Source: Alphaproteobacteria bacterium (GTDB lineage Bacteria; Pseudomonadota; Alphaproteobacteria; Rhizobiales; JAKIUO01). Taken from it: 64,000 bases of DNA. The position numbers and the translations under genes were made by a program. This document shows positions 51,917 to 62,109 of this stretch, piece after piece. The stretch is from contig JAJRQA010000035.1 of the NCBI GenBank assembly GCA_024280475.1, positions 5,414-69,413 on the forward strand. The letters are read 5' to 3'. Each line of letters begins with the position of its first letter. Position 1 is the first letter of the stretch. The notes under the pieces are model-generated. The model was not told the DNA's origin, did no database searches, and saw nothing but the letters and a program-made list of their open reading frames with translations.

Positions 51917-53752
51917 TTAGCGATTTTTACGCGGATCGGCGACATCATCAATGATCATCTCGACCTTGACGCGCCCGCCCCAGCTATTGAGTTTCAAGGA
52001 ACCAGCGATATGCAGGGGCATACCATTATTATTGAGCAGCAATTCACCAATGGGCGTGTCCGCGCTGCGAAAGGCCACGGCATCGATGCGCGATCCATCT
52101 CCCGCCTGCAGTGAACAACGCACATGACCATTGCCGACAATCTTGGCAAAATTGACATGATGGGCGGGAAACACAAAGCGTGGCGGAGGATTGCCACTCC
52201 CATAGGGACCCGCTTTTTCCAGTTGCGCCAATAGCTCCTCATTAGCAGCCAAGGGCGTCAAGGCACCATCAATCAGCAGATCCGAGCCTTTCGATGCCCG
52301 CTTTTGCGCCTCTTTAAGGGTCGCGCGTAAAAACGCACCTAATTCTTCATATTTGCTTTCAAATACCGTCAGACCGCCAGCCATGGCATGACCGCCCCCT
52401 TTGACAAGCAAGCCTTCATCGACAGCGGCGCGAATGGCGCCGCCAATATCGACGCCCTGCACGGAGCGGGCTGATCCGGTTCCCTCGCCGCCACCTTCCC
52501 AGGCAATCGCCAGCGCCGGGCGCTTGAAACGATCAACCAGACGAGAGGCCAGCAGACCAACAAGGCCTTTGTGCCAATCAGGCGATCCCGTGATGATGAT
52601 CGGCGTATCGGGATCTCGCTCCACCAGCTGATCAGCGGCAGCTACCGCCTCTTCGAGCATCACGCCTTCCATGGCTTTGCGCTCACTATTATAGCGATCC
52701 AGCTGTTCGGCAATTTTTTGCGACTCGATCTCATCATTGCTCGACAAGAGCTGCGCGCCCAGCGACGCGTTGCCAATGCGGCCCCCCGCATTGATGCGCG
52801 GCCCCAGAATAAAACCAAGCGAATAGGAGGTGGGCGCTTCTTGCAGTCCCGCCACTTCGCCAAGTGCCCGCAGCCCGACATTCTGGCGCAGGCGCATAAC
52901 CTGCAATCCTTTATGCACATAAGCCCGATTGAGACCGGTGAGCGGCACCACATCACAAATAGTGGCGAGCGCCACCAGATCCAGCAGCTTCAACAGATCA
53001 GGTGCCTTGCGCTTTTCATCATAAAAATCAAGCTTGCGCAGTTCCTTGACAACAGCAACCAATGTCAGGAAAACCACCCCGGCCGCGGCCAGATCTCCCT
53101 GCCCCGACAGATCATCGGGTCGATTGGGATTGATCAGCGCATAGCAGGGCGGAAAATCCTCGCCAAGCTGATGATGGTCAATAATGATGGCGTCGCAATC
53201 GGTCTTATCGACCACAGCCAATGCCTCATGAGAGGTACTGCCGCAATCCACCGTTATAATCAGCTGCGCCCCATCTGCCACCAGCTGTTCCATGGCGGCC
53301 GGGTTGGGGCCATACCCTTCGGTCATGCGGTCAGGAATATAAATGCGACAATCAATATTATGGCTGGCCATGAAGCGCTTCCACAAAGCGCTCGACGTGC
53401 CGCCATCCACATCATAGTCACCATAGATGACAATGGCCTCATTCTTATTGATGGCACTGGCAATGCGTGCGGCCGCTTTTTCCATATCTTGCAGACTGGA
53501 GGGGTCCGGCATCAGGTTTTTCAACGAGGGATCTAGATAAATCCCCACATCATCTTCCGGGTCCAGCCTTGAGGCCAGCATGCGCCCCAAAACTTCCGGC
53601 ACATGATGACGCTGGGCAATGTCCATGGCAATATGGATGCGCGATGGTTCCAGCCGGTCTTTCCAGACATGACCACCCGCAGATTCACCAACCCCCAGAA
53701 AGGGTCCTGCTGCCATATTCTCCGATTGATCAAAATCTTCCACTGCGCTCAT
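51917..53752 (-). CDS. recJ: ssDNA exonuclease RecJ
   Basis: GDYDVDG, TVDCG, IDHH, GPRINAGGR, GSARS, GGGHAMAGG. Confidence 0.97.
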   Translation of the reverse strand: MSAVEDFDQSENMAAGPFLGVGESAGGHVWKDRLEPSRIHIAMDIAQRHHVPEVLGRMLASRLDPEDDVGIYLDPSLKNLMPDPSSLQDMEKAAARIASAINKNEAIVIYGDYDVDGGTSSALWKRFMASHNIDCRIYIPDRMTEGYGPNPAAMEQLVADGAQLIITVDCGSTSHEALAVVDKTDCDAIIIDHHQLGEDFPPCYALINPNRPDDLSGQGDLAAAGVVFLTLVAVVKELRKLDFYDEKRKAPDLLKLLDLVALATICDVVPLTGLNRAYVHKGLQVMRLRQNVGLRALGEVAGLQEAPTSYSLGFILGPRINAGGRIGNASLGAQLLSSNDEIESQKIAEQLDRYNSERKAMEGVMLEEAVAAADQLVERDPDTPIIITGSPDWHKGLVGLLASRLVDRFKRPALAIAWEGGGEGTGSARSVQGVDIGGAIRAAVDEGLLVKGGGHAMAGGLTVFESKYEELGAFLRATLKEAQKRASKGSDLLIDGALTPLAANEELLAQLEKAGPYGSGNPPPRFVFPAHHVNFAKIVGNGHVRCSLQAGDGSRIDAVAFRSADTPIGELLLNNNGMPLHIAGSLKLNSWGGRVKVEMIIDDVADPRKNR

Positions 53753-53832
53753 GACTTTCCTCCAATGAGGTTCGAAGGGTAAGGTGATTCGCCGAGTGCT
53801 TCAAATATGCCTGTTGATGAGTGTGCGCAAGT

Positions 53833-54840
53833 CTAGCTCGTGCTGTGCGAACGGTTGTGCATGGTGTCAATGATGCGCACGCTACCGGTGGATGCGCGCA
53901 TAACAATACTCTGGGTCGAGGCTCGTGCTCCCAATTGGCGCACCCCATCGAGCAAATAGCCATCGGTGACACCAGTTGCCGCAAAGCTCACATCCCCCGA
54001 GATCATATCGTTCAGGGCGTAGATTTTCGATACATCTTTAATGCCATATTTGCTGATCAATTTTTGATCTTCCTTGTCTCGCACCAGCAAACGCCCCTCG
54101 ATTTGCCCTCCAGCACAACGCAAGGCTGCGGCGGCGAGAACACCCTGATCAGCCCCGCCAACGCCAAGATACATATCAATACCTGTTTCATCAGTGTCGG
54201 TGGTCTGAATGACCCCGGCAATGTCTCCATCCCCGATCAATCTAATAGCCGCCCCGGCAGCACGCACGTCTTCGATCAGCTTCCCGTGCCTTGAGCGATC
54301 AAGAATACATATGGTGAGCTCACGAGTATCGACGCCCTTGGCCTTGGCCAGAGCTTCAATATTTTCCTTTGGTGAACGATCAAGACCAACCACTCCTTGC
54401 GCGAAGCCTGGACCAATGGCGATCTTCTCCATATAGATTGGTGGCACACGTAATAGAGTATCTTTTTGCGCGATGACGATCACCGATAGGGCATTTGACA
54501 AGGCACGGGCATTGATTGAGGAACCTTCGAGCGGCATCAAGGCGATATCGGCTTCGTGTTCACTGCCTTCACCAACAATAGCGCCCGCCAGCAATTGCTC
54601 ATTATCGGAATAGCCTTGCTCGCCAATAATCACTTTGCCGCCAACGGGAAGTTTCTGCAGCTGCGCGGCCATGGCGCCAAGGGCTGCTTCATCGCCGCCC
54701 ATCTCGTCACCGCGCCCCGTAAAGCTGGCGGCGGCCAATGCAGCAGCTTCGGTTGCCCGCACAATTCCCATCGTGCACATGCGCCCAAAATCAACATTGT
54801 CCGATTTCGCCCCTGGTCTGTTCATGTCGTTGCCGTCCAT
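53833..54840 (-). CDS. glpX: Class II fructose-1,6-bisphosphatase GlpX homologue with degenerate active site
   Basis: TEAAA, GRGD, YMEK, DGD, FAATGVTDG and hom-glpX-recJ synteny; DPxEGT reads MPLEGS and GGAPEG reads GGADQG. Confidence 0.88.
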   Translation of the reverse strand: MDGNDMNRPGAKSDNVDFGRMCTMGIVRATEAAALAAASFTGRGDEMGGDEAALGAMAAQLQKLPVGGKVIIGEQGYSDNEQLLAGAIVGEGSEHEADIALMPLEGSSINARALSNALSVIVIAQKDTLLRVPPIYMEKIAIGPGFAQGVVGLDRSPKENIEALAKAKGVDTRELTICILDRSRHGKLIEDVRAAGAAIRLIGDGDIAGVIQTTDTDETGIDMYLGVGGADQGVLAAAALRCAGGQIEGRLLVRDKEDQKLISKYGIKDVSKIYALNDMISGDVSFAATGVTDGYLLDGVRQLGARASTQSIVMRASTGSVRIIDTMHNRSHSTS

Positions 54841-54855
54841 CTGGAAGCCGTGCCG

Positions 54856-56160
54856 CTAAAGAGATTCAATCCTGATCATTTGAGTTGCTCCCTCAACATG
54901 ACCATCCGCTGAAATATCGGCAAGAGCCTTGCGGATTGCACTTTCCGTTGTCTCATGAGTAATCAGGACAACCGGCGTCAATGAAGAACCAGCATCGCCA
55001 TCATGTGGGCCTTTTTGCACGATGCTTTGCAAGGAAATTTCCTGCTCGGCCATACGCGTGGCAATAGAGGCGATAGCGCCGGGATGATCTTTTACCTGCA
55101 AACGGATATAGTAGCCACCTTCATGGGCACGCATTTTTGCGCGCGTATAGGGTTTTAATTCGCTAGCTCTGGTGAGCAATGGCGGCAGCTTGATGCCCCA
55201 GGCAATATCGACAATATCACCGACAATCGCTGACGCAGTTGGGCCTGCGCCCGCCCCTGGTCCAACCAGCATGATTTTGTCGACAAAATCGCCTTCAACA
55301 CCAACGCAGTTGGTGACGCCAGCCACTTCCGCAATTGCGGTATGTTTTGGCACCATGGTGGGATGTACTCTTTGCTCGATCCCCGTATCGGTTTTTTGCG
55401 CAACCCCCAGCAACTTGATGCGATAGCCCAACTCGTCAGCTGCTTCAATATCCTCAATACCGATATTCTCAATGCCTTCGAGATAGATCTCGTCAAAGGC
55501 CAGCTGCGTGCCAAAGGCCAGTGAGGTCAAGATCGCCAGTTTGTGAGCTGTGTCATGACCACCAATATCAAAGGTTGGATCAGCTTCGGCATATCCGGCC
55601 GCTTGTGCCTCCGCCAAAACCTCGTCAAAGGCCAGTCCCTCTTCTTGCATCTTGGTCAAGATGTAGTTGCAGGTGCCATTGAGGATGCCGTAAACCTTGG
55701 TGATATCATTGCCGGTGAGGCTTTCACGCATGGTTTTGATGATGGGAATACCGCCCGCCACAGCCGCTTCAAAATTGAGCGCCACATTATTGCTTTCGGC
55801 AAGTCTCGCAAGCCTTGTACCGTGTTTGGCAAGCAATGCCTTATTGGCGGTGACAACATGCTTGCCGCTTTCAAGCGCCGCCTCAACGCTGGCCAGCGCA
55901 ATACCGTCTGATCCGCCCATCAATTCGATGAACACGTCATGCCCCTCGTCTTTGGCCATCGCCAACGCATCGCCAAACCATTGGTAAGAGGACAGATCGA
56001 CGCCGCGATCAAGATCGCGATCAAGATCGGCAACCGCATTAATCTCAATGGGCCTGCCAGTTTTTTCAGCCAGCTTGTCCCCGTGTTTTTGCAGGACCTT
56101 GACCACACCAACACCGATTGTACCAAGCCCGGCAATCCCAAGCCTCAAACTATTCGCCAT
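54856..56160 (-). CDS. hom: Homoserine dehydrogenase with ACT domain
   Basis: GLGTIG, VVTANKA, EAAVAGGIP, GILNGTCNYIL, GYAEADP, GPGAG. Confidence 0.97.
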   Translation of the reverse strand: MANSLRLGIAGLGTIGVGVVKVLQKHGDKLAEKTGRPIEINAVADLDRDLDRGVDLSSYQWFGDALAMAKDEGHDVFIELMGGSDGIALASVEAALESGKHVVTANKALLAKHGTRLARLAESNNVALNFEAAVAGGIPIIKTMRESLTGNDITKVYGILNGTCNYILTKMQEEGLAFDEVLAEAQAAGYAEADPTFDIGGHDTAHKLAILTSLAFGTQLAFDEIYLEGIENIGIEDIEAADELGYRIKLLGVAQKTDTGIEQRVHPTMVPKHTAIAEVAGVTNCVGVEGDFVDKIMLVGPGAGAGPTASAIVGDIVDIAWGIKLPPLLTRASELKPYTRAKMRAHEGGYYIRLQVKDHPGAIASIATRMAEQEISLQSIVQKGPHDGDAGSSLTPVVLITHETTESAIRKALADISADGHVEGATQMIRIESL

Positions 56161-56249
56161 ATTCCAAACCAGCCCCCTCGTCATGCGATTCATGTATTTC
56201 CATATTTTCGAAATACAAACTAGAACGAAATCGCCTACGCGGCGGGCGG

Positions 56250-56333
56250 AAAAGGGCTAGCCCCTTTCAACCCCATTTATTTGAAATAATGGGGTCTGGG
56301 GACTAGTCCCCAGCGCTGTCCGCGAGGACATTT
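56250..56333. repeat. Cluster of short palindromes (REP/RIME-like) inside the alaC-hom spacer
   Basis: AAAGGGCTAGCCCCTTT, ACCCCATT...AATGGGGT, CTGGGGACTAGTCCCCAG and TGTCCGCGAGGACA in series. Confidence 0.55.
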
Positions 56334-56406
56334 TCTGTATGCCCGAAATGCTGCCAAAAGCGACAGCGGTTCAGGAAAAATTATTGAGATGAGCTACTAA
56401 CACACC

Positions 56407-57654
56407 TCAACCATTGATTGGAATGACGTTATGCATGGTTTCATCGGCTTCGGCCAGAAATTTCCGCAAACTGCGGGCGGCCTGACGGATGCGATGTTCA
56501 TTTTCCACAAGTGCAAGCCTGACATGACCTTCGCCATATTCCCCAAAACCAACGCCCGGAGAGACGGCGATATCGGCTTTTTCCAGCAACAGCTTGGAAA
56601 ATTCCAGCGAACCCAGCGCCTTGAATTTTTCAGGGATCGGCGCCCATGCGAACATGGTGGCGGGCGGCGAGGGAATATCCCAGCCAGCGCGCGAAAATGT
56701 ACTGACAAGGCAATCACGGCGGGTTTTATAAATTTGCCGGATCTCCTCGATACACTCATCAGGGCCATTGAGGGCAGCGGAAGCAGCGACCTGTATAGGC
56801 GTAAACGCGCCATAATCGAGATAGGATTTGACCCGTGCCAACGCGGCGATCAAACGCTCATTGCCCACCGCAAAGCCCATGCGCCAACCCGGCATTGCAT
56901 AGGTCTTGGACAGCGACGTAAACTCGACAGCAACATCCATGGCACCAGGCACCTGCAAAACTGATGGCGGCGGATTATTGTCAAAATAGATTTCTGAATA
57001 GGCCACATCTGACAAAATGATCAAATCATGCTTGCGCGCATAGGCGACGACTTCAGTATAAAAATCCAGATCAGCCATTTTAGCAGTTGGATTAGAGGGA
57101 TAGCTCAGCACCAACGCGATAGGCTTGGGGATCGAATGCTTCATGGCCCGATCGACGTGAACAAGAAATTCGGAATTTGGCTCAACCGGCAAATGGCGCA
57201 ACACGCCGCCCGAGATTATAAACCCGAACTCATGAATTGGATAGGTAGGATTGGGGGCCAGAATGACATCGCCTGGAGCCGTGATGGCCTGCGCCATATT
57301 GGCGAAGCCCTCTTTTGATCCAAGCGTCGCGACGACCTGCGTATCAGGGTTGAGCTTGACGCCAAAGCGGCGACCATAATAGTCGGCTTGCGCGCGGCGC
57401 AAGCCCGGTATGCCTTTGGAGGCAGAATAGCGATGGGTTCTTGGTTTTTGAACCGTCTCAATGAGCTTGTCGACAATATGCTGCGGGGTCGGCATATCGG
57501 GGTTGCCCATCCCAAAATCAACAACGTCTGCGCCATTATCGCGCGCCGCCGCTTTCAGGCGATTGACCTGTTCGAAAACATAAGGGGGAAGTCGCTTTAT
57601 TTTATGAAAGTCGCCTGGCACGTTATTCCTGCTTTTTCTATCTGTTTGGAGCAC
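56407..57654 (-). CDS. alaC: Class I/II PLP aminotransferase (AlaC/YfdZ, often annotated LL-DAP aminotransferase)
   Basis: RLPPYVF, DFGMGNPD, TLGSKEG, PSNPT, SLSKTYAMPGWRMG, KSYLDYG; upstream of hom. Confidence 0.88.
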   Translation of the reverse strand: MLQTDRKSRNNVPGDFHKIKRLPPYVFEQVNRLKAAARDNGADVVDFGMGNPDMPTPQHIVDKLIETVQKPRTHRYSASKGIPGLRRAQADYYGRRFGVKLNPDTQVVATLGSKEGFANMAQAITAPGDVILAPNPTYPIHEFGFIISGGVLRHLPVEPNSEFLVHVDRAMKHSIPKPIALVLSYPSNPTAKMADLDFYTEVVAYARKHDLIILSDVAYSEIYFDNNPPPSVLQVPGAMDVAVEFTSLSKTYAMPGWRMGFAVGNERLIAALARVKSYLDYGAFTPIQVAASAALNGPDECIEEIRQIYKTRRDCLVSTFSRAGWDIPSPPATMFAWAPIPEKFKALGSLEFSKLLLEKADIAVSPGVGFGEYGEGHVRLALVENEHRIRQAARSLRKFLAEADETMHNVIPING

Positions 57655-57761
57655 GATAAATCAATGAACCGCATCGCGCTTTCACCAATTTAAGTTCTAG
57701 TATAGAAGGGAATTTTGCGTGAACCAAGACACAATATCATCCGCACGATCAGTAATCCAGA

Positions 57762-57998
57762 TTAGCGTGCTGCAATCTCGTCAAGTGCTTTGGCATGATG
57801 ATCACGCTTCGCCTTGGTCAGCATCTCGATCAAACGAACACGTTCTTGAACTGGTGTCACCGATCTACCGATCCGAAACGCCTCTTGCTCACTGATGGAC
57901 GAGCTATAATCCATCGCCGCACCGCAAGATCCCAGCCCAATGGCCACCAATAACAAAATTCCAAAATGTTTCACTGCAAACAGCCTTAATCTAATCAA
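57762..57998 (-). CDS. Small putative lipoprotein
   Basis: KHFGILLLVAIGLGSC lipobox-like signal; start uncertain. Confidence 0.55.
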   Translation of the reverse strand: MIRLRLFAVKHFGILLLVAIGLGSCGAAMDYSSSISEQEAFRIGRSVTPVQERVRLIEMLTKAKRDHHAKALDEIAAR

Positions 57999-58160
57999 AC
58001 AGACATGTACGAATTCTCATACAACACCTCGCAGGCTGCATAAAAAGCACTATCAAATGATTAAGATCGCGAAATTATTGTGCCAAAACCGGGCCTGACT
58101 AATGGATAAGGAATATTTTCAGTCTCAAAGTATACGCGTTGATTTCGCGTTATTTTTCAC

Positions 58161-58288
58161 TGTCATACCCGCGAAGGCGGGTATCCATACTCCCTGTTTT
58201 CGCAATTTGAAATGGGGGTCGGTTGATGGATTTGTACGTGAAGTTGTCAGGCCAGGGGTTATGGTTCCCCGCCTTCGCGGGGATGACA
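58161..58288. repeat. REP/RPE doublet (GTCATnCCCGCGAAGGCGGG family)
   Basis: TGTCATACCCGCGAAGGCGGGTATCCA and inverted copy TGGTTCCCCGCCTTCGCGGGGATGACA. Confidence 0.85.
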
Positions 58289-58365
58289 TATATTTATCGT
58301 TTAAAAACAATTGGATATCGTTCTTCTTATCCATAATTCGGGTTATATGAGATTGATGACAGGCC

Positions 58366-59412
58366 CTATGGAAACAAAGGCAATTGCTCCAGGCCCGCAG
58401 TTTCTTCAAGCCCAAACATCAGATTGAAGTTTTGCAGCGCTTGCCCCGCCGATCCCTTGACCAGATTATCGATAGTCGAAATGATAATCACCCTGTCCTT
58501 GATCCGATCCGCAAAAACACCGATCAGGCAATAGTTTGACCCCCTGACATGCTGCGTCGCCGGGATCACTCCTTCGTCCAGCAACCGTACAAAGGGCCGG
58601 TCCTGATAGGCGTCTTGCAGGGCATTACGAACGTCTGATATCGTATTCCCATCGGTTAGCTTTGCATAACAGGTCACCAGTTCGCCGCGGCTCATGGGAA
58701 TGAGATGAGGCGTGAAATTGACAATAATATCCTGCCCAACCAACCGGGAGACCTCTTGCTCGATTTCGGGCGCATGACGATGTCCGGCAATCGCATAAGG
58801 AGACAGGCCCTCTCCTGTTTCAGAAAACAATGTTCCCTGCTTGGGCGCACGGCCTGCACCAGTAACGCCCGACTTGGCATCTATGATCAAATCACTGGCT
58901 TCAATCGCTCCCGCTTTGACAACAGGCAACAAAGCCATCAGCACAGCGGTTGGATAACAACCAGGACAAGCCACCAGCGACGCCGAAGATATGTCATCGT
59001 GATAATGTTCCGAAAGACCATAGACGGCCTTTTTCACAAGTTCTGGCGCACTATGCTTGAGGCCATACCAGTGCTCATAGGTATCCACATCGCGCAAACG
59101 AAAGTCTGCCGACATATCAATGACTTTTACCTTGGCGGGCAATTTGGAAATAATCGAATGAGCGGTGCCATGAGGCAGTCCGCAAAACACCGCGTCAACA
59201 CCTTCCCAGTCAACTGCGCCCACATCAACAAGATCAGGCAAGCCGTGCCCCCCCAGATGCGGGAACACTGCTGCCATGGGTTTGCCGGCATGGGTTTTAG
59301 CGACCAGCGCCTTGATTTCAATATTTGGATGGCGCATCGCCAGGCGTGTGAGATCCGCCCCCGTATAGCCCGAAGCTCCAATCACTGCGATATTGATTTT
59401 TTGTGTGCTCAT
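58366..59412 (-). CDS. argC: N-acetyl-gamma-glutamyl-phosphate reductase
   Basis: GASGYTG, DMSADFRL, CPGCYPT, KSGVTGAGR, DNLVKGSAGQA. Confidence 0.97.
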   Translation of the reverse strand: MSTQKINIAVIGASGYTGADLTRLAMRHPNIEIKALVAKTHAGKPMAAVFPHLGGHGLPDLVDVGAVDWEGVDAVFCGLPHGTAHSIISKLPAKVKVIDMSADFRLRDVDTYEHWYGLKHSAPELVKKAVYGLSEHYHDDISSASLVACPGCYPTAVLMALLPVVKAGAIEASDLIIDAKSGVTGAGRAPKQGTLFSETGEGLSPYAIAGHRHAPEIEQEVSRLVGQDIIVNFTPHLIPMSRGELVTCYAKLTDGNTISDVRNALQDAYQDRPFVRLLDEGVIPATQHVRGSNYCLIGVFADRIKDRVIIISTIDNLVKGSAGQALQNFNLMFGLEETAGLEQLPLFP

Positions 59413-59471
59413 TGGTCTAGGGCCTGTTGCGGTGAACATGTTTAAAACCCCTGCAAAAGAGGCTGGGAGAT

Positions 59472-60104
59472 CTATTGTCGGATTGGTCTGGCGGGCACTC
59501 CGGCCACGCGCCCTCCGCTCTCAATATCCTTGGTAACTGCAGCGCCAGCCCCGACCAGACAGTCATCACCAATGGTAATACCAGGAATAATACTGGCACC
59601 CGTGCCAATGAATGAGCGAGCACCAATCGTAACACCGCCAGCAATCGCCACACCGGGTGAAATCTGCACGCAATCGGCGATCACGCAATCATAGTCAATA
59701 GAGCTGCGAGCGCTGACAATGCAGCCCTCGCCCACCGTCGCGTTGGCATTAATCACCCCGCCGGTCATGACGATCGTACCAAGCCCTAATGTAGCATGGC
59801 GCGAAACTGTTGCCGTTGGATGAATGATCGTGGGGATATCATATCCAAGCCCCATTGCCATCGTATAGATTTTCTGGCGCAAAACATTGTCACCAATGCC
59901 GACAAAAAACATACGATAACCAGGCTGGCAGTGTTCTTTTATGTCTTCAAACGTGTTGGCAACGCACTGATGGCCATTTATCGTCTCACCAAGCTCGTGG
60001 TTATCATCCGCAAACCCGTGAATGGTGAACCCGGATGCTTCCGCAGTATCGGCGCAAACACGCCCATGACCGCCAGCTCCCACGATGACAATATGCTTGC
60101 TCAC
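59472..60104 (-). CDS. NeuD/PglD-family sugar O/N-acetyltransferase
   Basis: VGAGGHG, VGIGDNVLR, IIHPTA, hexapeptide repeats, AGVPAR. Confidence 0.9.
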   Translation of the reverse strand: MSKHIVIVGAGGHGRVCADTAEASGFTIHGFADDNHELGETINGHQCVANTFEDIKEHCQPGYRMFFVGIGDNVLRQKIYTMAMGLGYDIPTIIHPTATVSRHATLGLGTIVMTGGVINANATVGEGCIVSARSSIDYDCVIADCVQISPGVAIAGGVTIGARSFIGTGASIIPGITIGDDCLVGAGAAVTKDIESGGRVAGVPARPIRQ

Positions 60105-60223
60105 TCAGTTTTCTCCATTCAGATTTTTTTTGTTATATCTTGTCATACCAATGAGCGAAATGATTAACCTATGATTTAGATCAATCATTTCGCCCACCGG
60201 TCAGTTCTATAGGAAAAATGAAC

Positions 60224-60255
60224 AAAAAAAAAGCCTGCTGTTGCCAGCAGGCTTT
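60224..60255 (-). terminator. Terminator of rplM-rpsI
   Basis: Minus strand AAAGCCTGCTG-GCAA-CAGCAGGC followed by T9. Confidence 0.88.
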
Positions 60256-60306
60256 CCTTGGTAAATCTGGCACATGGCCGATTGCTGTTCCAAACCCAAA
60301 TCGCGT

Positions 60307-60876
60307 CTAACGTTTTGAGAACTGGAAGCTTTTACGAGCTTTGGCTTTACCATATTTCTTACGTTCAACAACGCGACTATCGCGTGTCAGGAAGCCACCT
60401 TTTTTCAAAACACCGCGTAGATCGGGTTCAAAATAAGTCAAGGCTTTGGAGACACCATGACGTACCGCGCCGGCCTGCCCCGAAAGACCTCCGCCCTTCA
60501 CCGTACAAACGATGTCATACTGATCCTTGCGTTCAGCAGCCAAAATAGGCTGATGAATGACCAGCTGCAGCACAGGCCGGGCAAAATATGTTTTAAACTC
60601 ACGCCCATTGACGGTGATTTTGCCGTTGCCAGGTTTGATCCAGACACGAGCAATCGCATTTTTACGCTTGCCAGTTGCATAGGCGCGCCCTTGCGCGTCA
60701 AGCTTTTGCACATAGACCGGAGCGGCTGGCTCGTCGCTTTTTGTCGCTGCCTCTTCGGCTGGTGCAGCTTCAGCTTCCCCTTCAACTGGAGCCTGTGCAT
60801 CAGCCTTCGTGGCTGTTTCTGCCGCTGCTGTGGCTTTGCCCAGCTCTTCCAGAGATTTGATTTCCTTGTCACCCAT
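60307..60876 (-). CDS. rpsI: 30S ribosomal protein S9
   Basis: [40 protein letters not shown]. Confidence 0.99.
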   Translation of the reverse strand: MGDKEIKSLEELGKATAAAETATKADAQAPVEGEAEAAPAEEAATKSDEPAAPVYVQKLDAQGRAYATGKRKNAIARVWIKPGNGKITVNGREFKTYFARPVLQLVIHQPILAAERKDQYDIVCTVKGGGLSGQAGAVRHGVSKALTYFEPDLRGVLKKGGFLTRDSRVVERKKYGKAKARKSFQFSKR

Positions 60877-60979
60877 GATTGTGGTGCTCTCCCTTGCGTT
60901 TAACTTCGTCCGTTAGAGGCTGGCACATGGTCCATGCCTCTGGTTTGTTTCGCCCTTTGATCAATCAACAATTCTGAGA

Positions 60980-61456
60980 TCAAGCAACATCTTTTGGCCG
61001 CAGAACATTTTTGGCGTTCTTGGAGGCAATATCGAGTGTTTCAGGCTTTTGCGCTTCGTGAGGATGAGCATCACCCTCATAGAGATACAGATTTTTCATC
61101 TGGGCGCGGCTCAAAGGCCCCCCAGGCATCATGCGCAGAATGGCTTTCTCGAGAACTCTTGTGGGGAATTTACCATCAAGGATCTGAGCGGCCGTGCGGC
61201 TTTTGATGCCGCCGGGATGACCTGTATGCCAATAGTAGATTTTGTCTTCGCGTTTCTTGCCTGTGAAAACAATCTTGTCGGCATTGATGACGACAATATT
61301 ATCTCCGCAATCCATATTGGGGGTGAAGGTGGCTTTGTGCTTGCCGCGCAGGATCATGGCGATATGAGTGGCAAGGCGTCCAACGACGAGCCCTTGCGCA
61401 TCAATCAGTAGCCACTTTTTCTCGATATCCTTCGGCGTCGCCGTGTAGGTTTTCAT
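60980..61456 (-). CDS. rplM: 50S ribosomal protein L13
   Basis: WLLIDA, GRLA, LRGKHK, DCGD, HTGHPGG, HPHEAQ. Confidence 0.99.
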   Translation of the reverse strand: MKTYTATPKDIEKKWLLIDAQGLVVGRLATHIAMILRGKHKATFTPNMDCGDNIVVINADKIVFTGKKREDKIYYWHTGHPGGIKSRTAAQILDGKFPTRVLEKAILRMMPGGPLSRAQMKNLYLYEGDAHPHEAQKPETLDIASKNAKNVLRPKDVA

Positions 61457-61688
61457 TTTTATATTCCGGTCTTGACATTAACTGCCAGCACCCTTTTCAC
61501 TTAAGATCCGTCCAAAAGAACGGGGCGTAAGGTGGCTGGCATAGATCTATTGAATAAGAACCGCAGTTTTACGTGCAGTTTGCACGAGTGTCAAGTTGAT
61601 AATTTTTGATTTATTATTGTTTTTCAATGACTTATGTATGTGGTATTATTTTACCACATAACGCTGCAGCATTAAAAGGATTGATCGA

Positions 61689-62096
61689 ATGAACGATGAA
61701 AAGATCACGCAACTACTTAGCGATAGCAAAACCATCGCCCTTATTGGCGCCTCCCCCAAAGAGGCGCGGCCTAGCTATCAGGTCATGGCCTATCTGCAAA
61801 ATGCGGGCTACAGGGTTTTGCCGGTCAATCCAGGCCAAGAAGGCAAGCAGATCCTTGGCGAGAACGTTTATGCAAGGCTGTCTGATATAGAGATACCAAT
61901 TGATATCGTTGACATTTTCCGGCGCGCCGAGTTTGTTGGCGACATTATTGACGAAGCCATCAAGATCAAGGCCGGCGCCGTCTGGATGCAATTGGGAATT
62001 ATCAACCAAGAGGCTGCCACAACGGCCCTTGATGAGGGGCTTAAGGTCGTCATGAACCGCTGCACCAAAATCGAGCATGCCCGACTGCTTGGTTAA
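61689..62096 (+). CDS. CoA-binding protein (YccU-like)
   Basis: IALIGAS, RPSYQV, PVNPG, DIVDIFR, VWMQLG, VMNRCTKIE. Confidence 0.92.
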   Translation: MNDEKITQLLSDSKTIALIGASPKEARPSYQVMAYLQNAGYRVLPVNPGQEGKQILGENVYARLSDIEIPIDIVDIFRRAEFVGDIIDEAIKIKAGAVWMQLGIINQEAATTALDEGLKVVMNRCTKIEHARLLG

Positions 62097-62109
62097 ATTT
62101 TCGGCTCTG

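Noticed and set aside
58102-58415. Short ORFs downstream of argC
   Set aside because: They are translations of the REP/RPE doublet (VIPAKAGIH / WIPAFAGMT signature).
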